Source: a virus
Direction: 5' to 3' (one strand)
DNA length: 36,598 nt
Virus record (IMG/VR): IMGVR_UViG_3300045988_086561
Span: 1 to 36,598 of that record
Shown here: piece after piece, positions 34,659-36,598 of the stretch
Layout of the letters: the number at the start of each line of letters is the position of its first letter
How positions within the stretch are numbered: the first letter of the stretch is position 1
Position numbers and translations under genes: made by a program
Notes under the pieces: model-generated
Seen by the model: the letters and a program-made list of their open reading frames with translations, nothing else
Told to the model about the DNA's origin: nothing
The model's database searches: none

Positions 34659-34994
34659 CTATGCTGTTTTAATCCATTGTCTGCTGAGTGTGCCGATTGG
34701 TGTGGCTGGGTCTTTGTTGCCGCGCAGGTTGTTGCATTGTGTGTGTGATGGGCGGAAGCCTGCGGGGTCGTGTTGCAGGTCTGGTCGTTTGGTGACGGGA
34801 TAGAAGTGGTCGAGGTTGAAGCTGTCGTCTGTGGTGTTCTGTGGTGCGTCGTAGTCGATGGGCATTCCGCAGAGCCAGCATGGACGGTGTTCGCTCTTGC
34901 ATTCGAGGAAGAATTTCTTGCGGTCTTTTTCGAATTGGCGTCCGCCTTTGCGGACTTGGCGGCTGTAGCTGACCATGATGCCGTCACCCCGCAA
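34659..34994 (-). CDS. HNH endonuclease
   Basis: ..CWLCGMPID...NLDHFYPV...HTQCNNLRGNK (CxxC / DH / N / CN signature). The start may be ATG 34976 rather than TTG 34994. Different HNH lineage from 1517-1915. Confidence 0.75.
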   Translation of the reverse strand: MRGDGIMVSYSRQVRKGGRQFEKDRKKFFLECKSEHRPCWLCGMPIDYDAPQNTTDDSFNLDHFYPVTKRPDLQHDPAGFRPSHTQCNNLRGNKDPATPIGTLSRQWIKTA

Positions 34995-35011
34995 TCATTG
35001 GAGAATAGGTG

Positions 35012-35085
35012 TCCCTCGCCTCGGATTCGAACCGAGACTGTATCGGACTTGAATCGGATGCCTCTGCTGGTTGGGCTAGCGAGGG
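35012..35085 (-). tRNA. tRNA-like element (possible pseudo-tRNA or atypical tRNA)
   Basis: On the - strand: perfect 7-bp acceptor stem CCCTCGC/GCGAGGG and a canonical T arm CTCGG-TTCGAAT-CCGAG, 74 nt in total. I could not fold a 5-bp anticodon stem (TCCGA-TTCAAGT-CCGAT) and the D stem is only ~3 bp. Confidence 0.35.
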
Positions 35086-35128
35086 GTTGAAATATCAGGA
35101 GTTTTCGGCGTGTTTTGTTGTGCTCTCC

Positions 35129-35164
35129 TTGCATATCTATAGTAGTTGTGTTACTGTAGATATA
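35129..35164 (+). promoter_or_regulatory. Promoter plus palindromic operator (right-arm copy)
   Basis: TTGCAT, 17 nt, TACTGT, then RBS and the 35-aa ORF. Inverted repeat catatctatagt / actgtagatata, degraded by two mismatches relative to the perfect left copy. Confidence 0.55.
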
Positions 35165-35185
35165 TCAGCAGAAAGGAGGTATCCG

Positions 35186-35293
35186 ATGAGCCCAAAGGAT
35201 TGGTTCGATGTCATCAACGGCATCATCGCCAACGTCATCGCCGCAGCCGCGCTAGCCATCGCAGTCAAGCGAAGACCGAAGCACAAGAAGTAA
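35186..35293 (+). CDS. 35-aa single-TM peptide with basic C-terminus
   Basis: MSPKDWFDVINGIIANVIAAAALAIAVKRRPKHKK. RBS gaaaggagg. Confidence 0.6.
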   Translation: MSPKDWFDVINGIIANVIAAAALAIAVKRRPKHKK

Positions 35294-35296
35294 AAA

Positions 35297-35327
35297 AGGT
35301 TCCGGCTAGACCTATTAGCCGGAACCT
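35297..35327 (+). other. Intercistronic 12-bp stem-loop (right-arm copy)
   Basis: aggttccggcta-gacctat-tagccggaacct. Confidence 0.5.
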
Positions 35328-35359
35328 CCCGCCAATCCTATCCCATCGGAGAACGCATC

Positions 35360-35530
35360 ATGAGAACATCACTGATCTTCGGAATCGTCGCCGTGGTATT
35401 CGGTGCCGTGGCCTTGGTCGGCGCACTGTCCAGCAGCCCGATAGTATCGGGCGGCTTCGGTCTCGCGGCCGGAATCATGGGTCTCGCGGCCGGAATCATC
35501 AACGGCAAGGACGGCGACAATGACGACTGA
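35360..35530 (+). CDS. 56-aa hydrophobic peptide with acidic C-terminus
   Basis: MRTSLIFGIVAVVFGAVALVGAL...GLAAGIMGLAAGIINGKDGDNDD. Overlaps the HTH gene start. Confidence 0.6.
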   Translation: MRTSLIFGIVAVVFGAVALVGALSSSPIVSGGFGLAAGIMGLAAGIINGKDGDNDD

Positions 35531-35723
35531 ATATCTCGGCGTCAAACAGGTCGCAGAACGCCTTGGCATCACCAGTGGCGGCTTGCTCAACCTCAAGCTC
35601 CCTGAGCCCGACGCCACGATAGGGCGCACGCGCGGCTGGTTGCCTGAGACCATCGATGAATGGAACGCTCAACGTCCGGGACGTGGTGTCGGAGGGGGGA
35701 GACCACGCAAAAACAAAGCATAG
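35520..35723 (+). CDS. Excisionase/MerR-like small HTH DNA-binding protein (67 aa)
   Basis: Identical aa sequence to the 875-1078 product. Confidence 0.8.
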   Translation: MTTEYLGVKQVAERLGITSGGLLNLKLPEPDATIGRTRGWLPETIDEWNAQRPGRGVGGGRPRKNKA

Positions 35724-35730
35724 ATACGCG

Positions 35731-35759
35731 AAAAACCCAGCCACATGAGCTGGGTTTTT
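35731..35759. terminator. Bidirectional intrinsic terminator hairpin
   Basis: aaaaacccagc-cacatga-gctgggttttt, between convergent genes. Confidence 0.7.
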
Positions 35760-35796
35760 CGACACTTCTGCCACTGCAATTGTGTGTGACAAACAA

Positions 35797-36555
35797 TCAT
35801 TTGTCAAGCTGGCCGGCGATGACCTGCCGATACACATCACTGTAGGGGATCCCCTGCGGGGTGCGTGAGACTTGGCCTCGCTCCACCCACTTGCGTACCC
35901 GCGACGCCTTGAGGGTTATTCCGGCGTCGGTGAATGCCTTGGCGATGTCCGCCGCAGACCCGCGCCTGGAATCATCCCAACACAACGTCTTGAGCCTACG
36001 CAGTTTGACGGTCTGCGCTCGCTGCTCGCGACCACACAACGGGCATATCACCCACTGGTCGTTTTGGCCAGCGGTGAGCATCGTATTGCACAACTCGCAG
36101 GTACCTATCTCGCGGCGTTGCTCCGGCGGGTCCAGCGCAGTATCAACCTTGCGGGCGATGTCGTTGATGATGTGCATGTAGAAGCCGGCATCCGCGAACG
36201 TGGCAAGGCGTGCATGACCGGCGCATGCGATGAGCGTGGCCGTCAAGTCCTCGTTGCGTCTGTCTTTGCGCCAGTCGAGTGCGTCGATGCCGTCGAGGCA
36301 GCGCCATAGTTCGCGGGCCGTCGCGTCGAGCATGTCAATCAGGTCGAGCACGTCCAAGCGTATCGGCGTCGGGGGAGTGGCCGTCTGGATGCGCACGGGC
36401 GAATGCCCTCCCGGATGCAATGTCGCGTCGAGGCTGTCATGCAATGGCGTGACATCACGCGCCAAGCGCAGGAGCGTGCCGGCGAAACGCAGTTCGCACG
36501 TCTCGCACACTGAATACCCCTCTTCGGTTATCGTTTTGCAGTTCTGGCAGTTCAC
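35797..36555 (-). CDS. Zn-ribbon protein with C-terminal HTH-like region (right-arm copy)
   Basis: 252 aa with GTG start. About 90% identical to the 44-820 product until ~aa 213, then divergent. Confidence 0.75.
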   Translation of the reverse strand: MNCQNCKTITEEGYSVCETCELRFAGTLLRLARDVTPLHDSLDATLHPGGHSPVRIQTATPPTPIRLDVLDLIDMLDATARELWRCLDGIDALDWRKDRRNEDLTATLIACAGHARLATFADAGFYMHIINDIARKVDTALDPPEQRREIGTCELCNTMLTAGQNDQWVICPLCGREQRAQTVKLRRLKTLCWDDSRRGSAADIAKAFTDAGITLKASRVRKWVERGQVSRTPQGIPYSDVYRQVIAGQLDK

Positions 36556-36598
36556 GTTGGCCCCTTCCGGCTGGTCGGCTAGAATAATGTTTGCTTCT
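36522..36598. repeat. Terminal inverted repeat, right copy
   Basis: Exact reverse complement of nt 1-77. Confidence 0.9.

Noticed and set aside
34646-35134. Upstream 163 codons of the 248-aa - strand ORF (34388-35134)
   Set aside because: It overlaps the HNH gene and the tRNA-like element in another frame, with a Thr/Ser/His-rich low-complexity translation. Only the last 85 codons, which have their own RBS, look coding.
1-36598. Terminal inverted repeats as the ends of an IS or composite transposon
   Set aside because: There is no transposase or target-site duplication context. The inverted homology consists of ordinary phage genes diverged at the ~90% level, and the perfect part is only 77 nt.
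1-36598. CRISPR arrays, rRNA genes, and integrase/att sites
   Set aside because: No regularly spaced direct repeats, no rRNA-like sequence and no recombinase-like ORF were seen on either strand.

Overview
GC-rich window whose gene content resembles temperate siphoviruses of high-GC Gram-positives (Bifidobacterium-prophage-like; this is inference, no search was run). It holds two different, essentially complete virion-morphogenesis modules that converge on each other as an imperfect mirror image.

Left arm (+ strand, 44-18172): Zn-ribbon/HTH protein, an antisense mini-operon (35-aa and 56-aa membrane peptides plus an Xis-like HTH), HNH endonuclease, TerS, TerL split into two ORFs, SPP1-type portal, MuF-like protein, scaffold, capsid, four head-tail joining proteins, major tail, G/G-T chaperones with a CCCAAAA slippery site, tape measure, Dit, baseplate protein, small Cys protein, tail fibre.

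Right arm (- strand, 36555-18872): the same order, but with an HK97-type TerL/portal/protease/capsid set, a collagen-like head protein, an extra tRNA-like element and an 85-aa ORF. Its G/G-T slippery site is GGGAAAA.

The arms are homologous only at their outer ends (about 1.45 kb) and in the tail tip (Dit to fibre). Packaging, head and tail-tube genes are unrelated.

The arms meet at 17.8-19.2 kb. There, four in-phase copies of an 11-bp core (TTCCCTAACCC; two on +, two on -) delimit four fibre-tip cassettes: two near-identical expressed copies (alpha, alpha') and two start-less silent ones (beta, gamma). This looks like a multi-inversion (shufflon-type) receptor-binding switch shared by two opposed fibre genes.

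I could not recognise a recombinase, integrase, lysis or replication gene anywhere in the window.

Caution: the window starts and ends with the same 77 nt in inverted orientation, with the first mismatch at nt 78. That is compatible with a real large inverted repeat but also with a k=77 assembly-graph boundary, so the physical linkage of the two arms needs checking.
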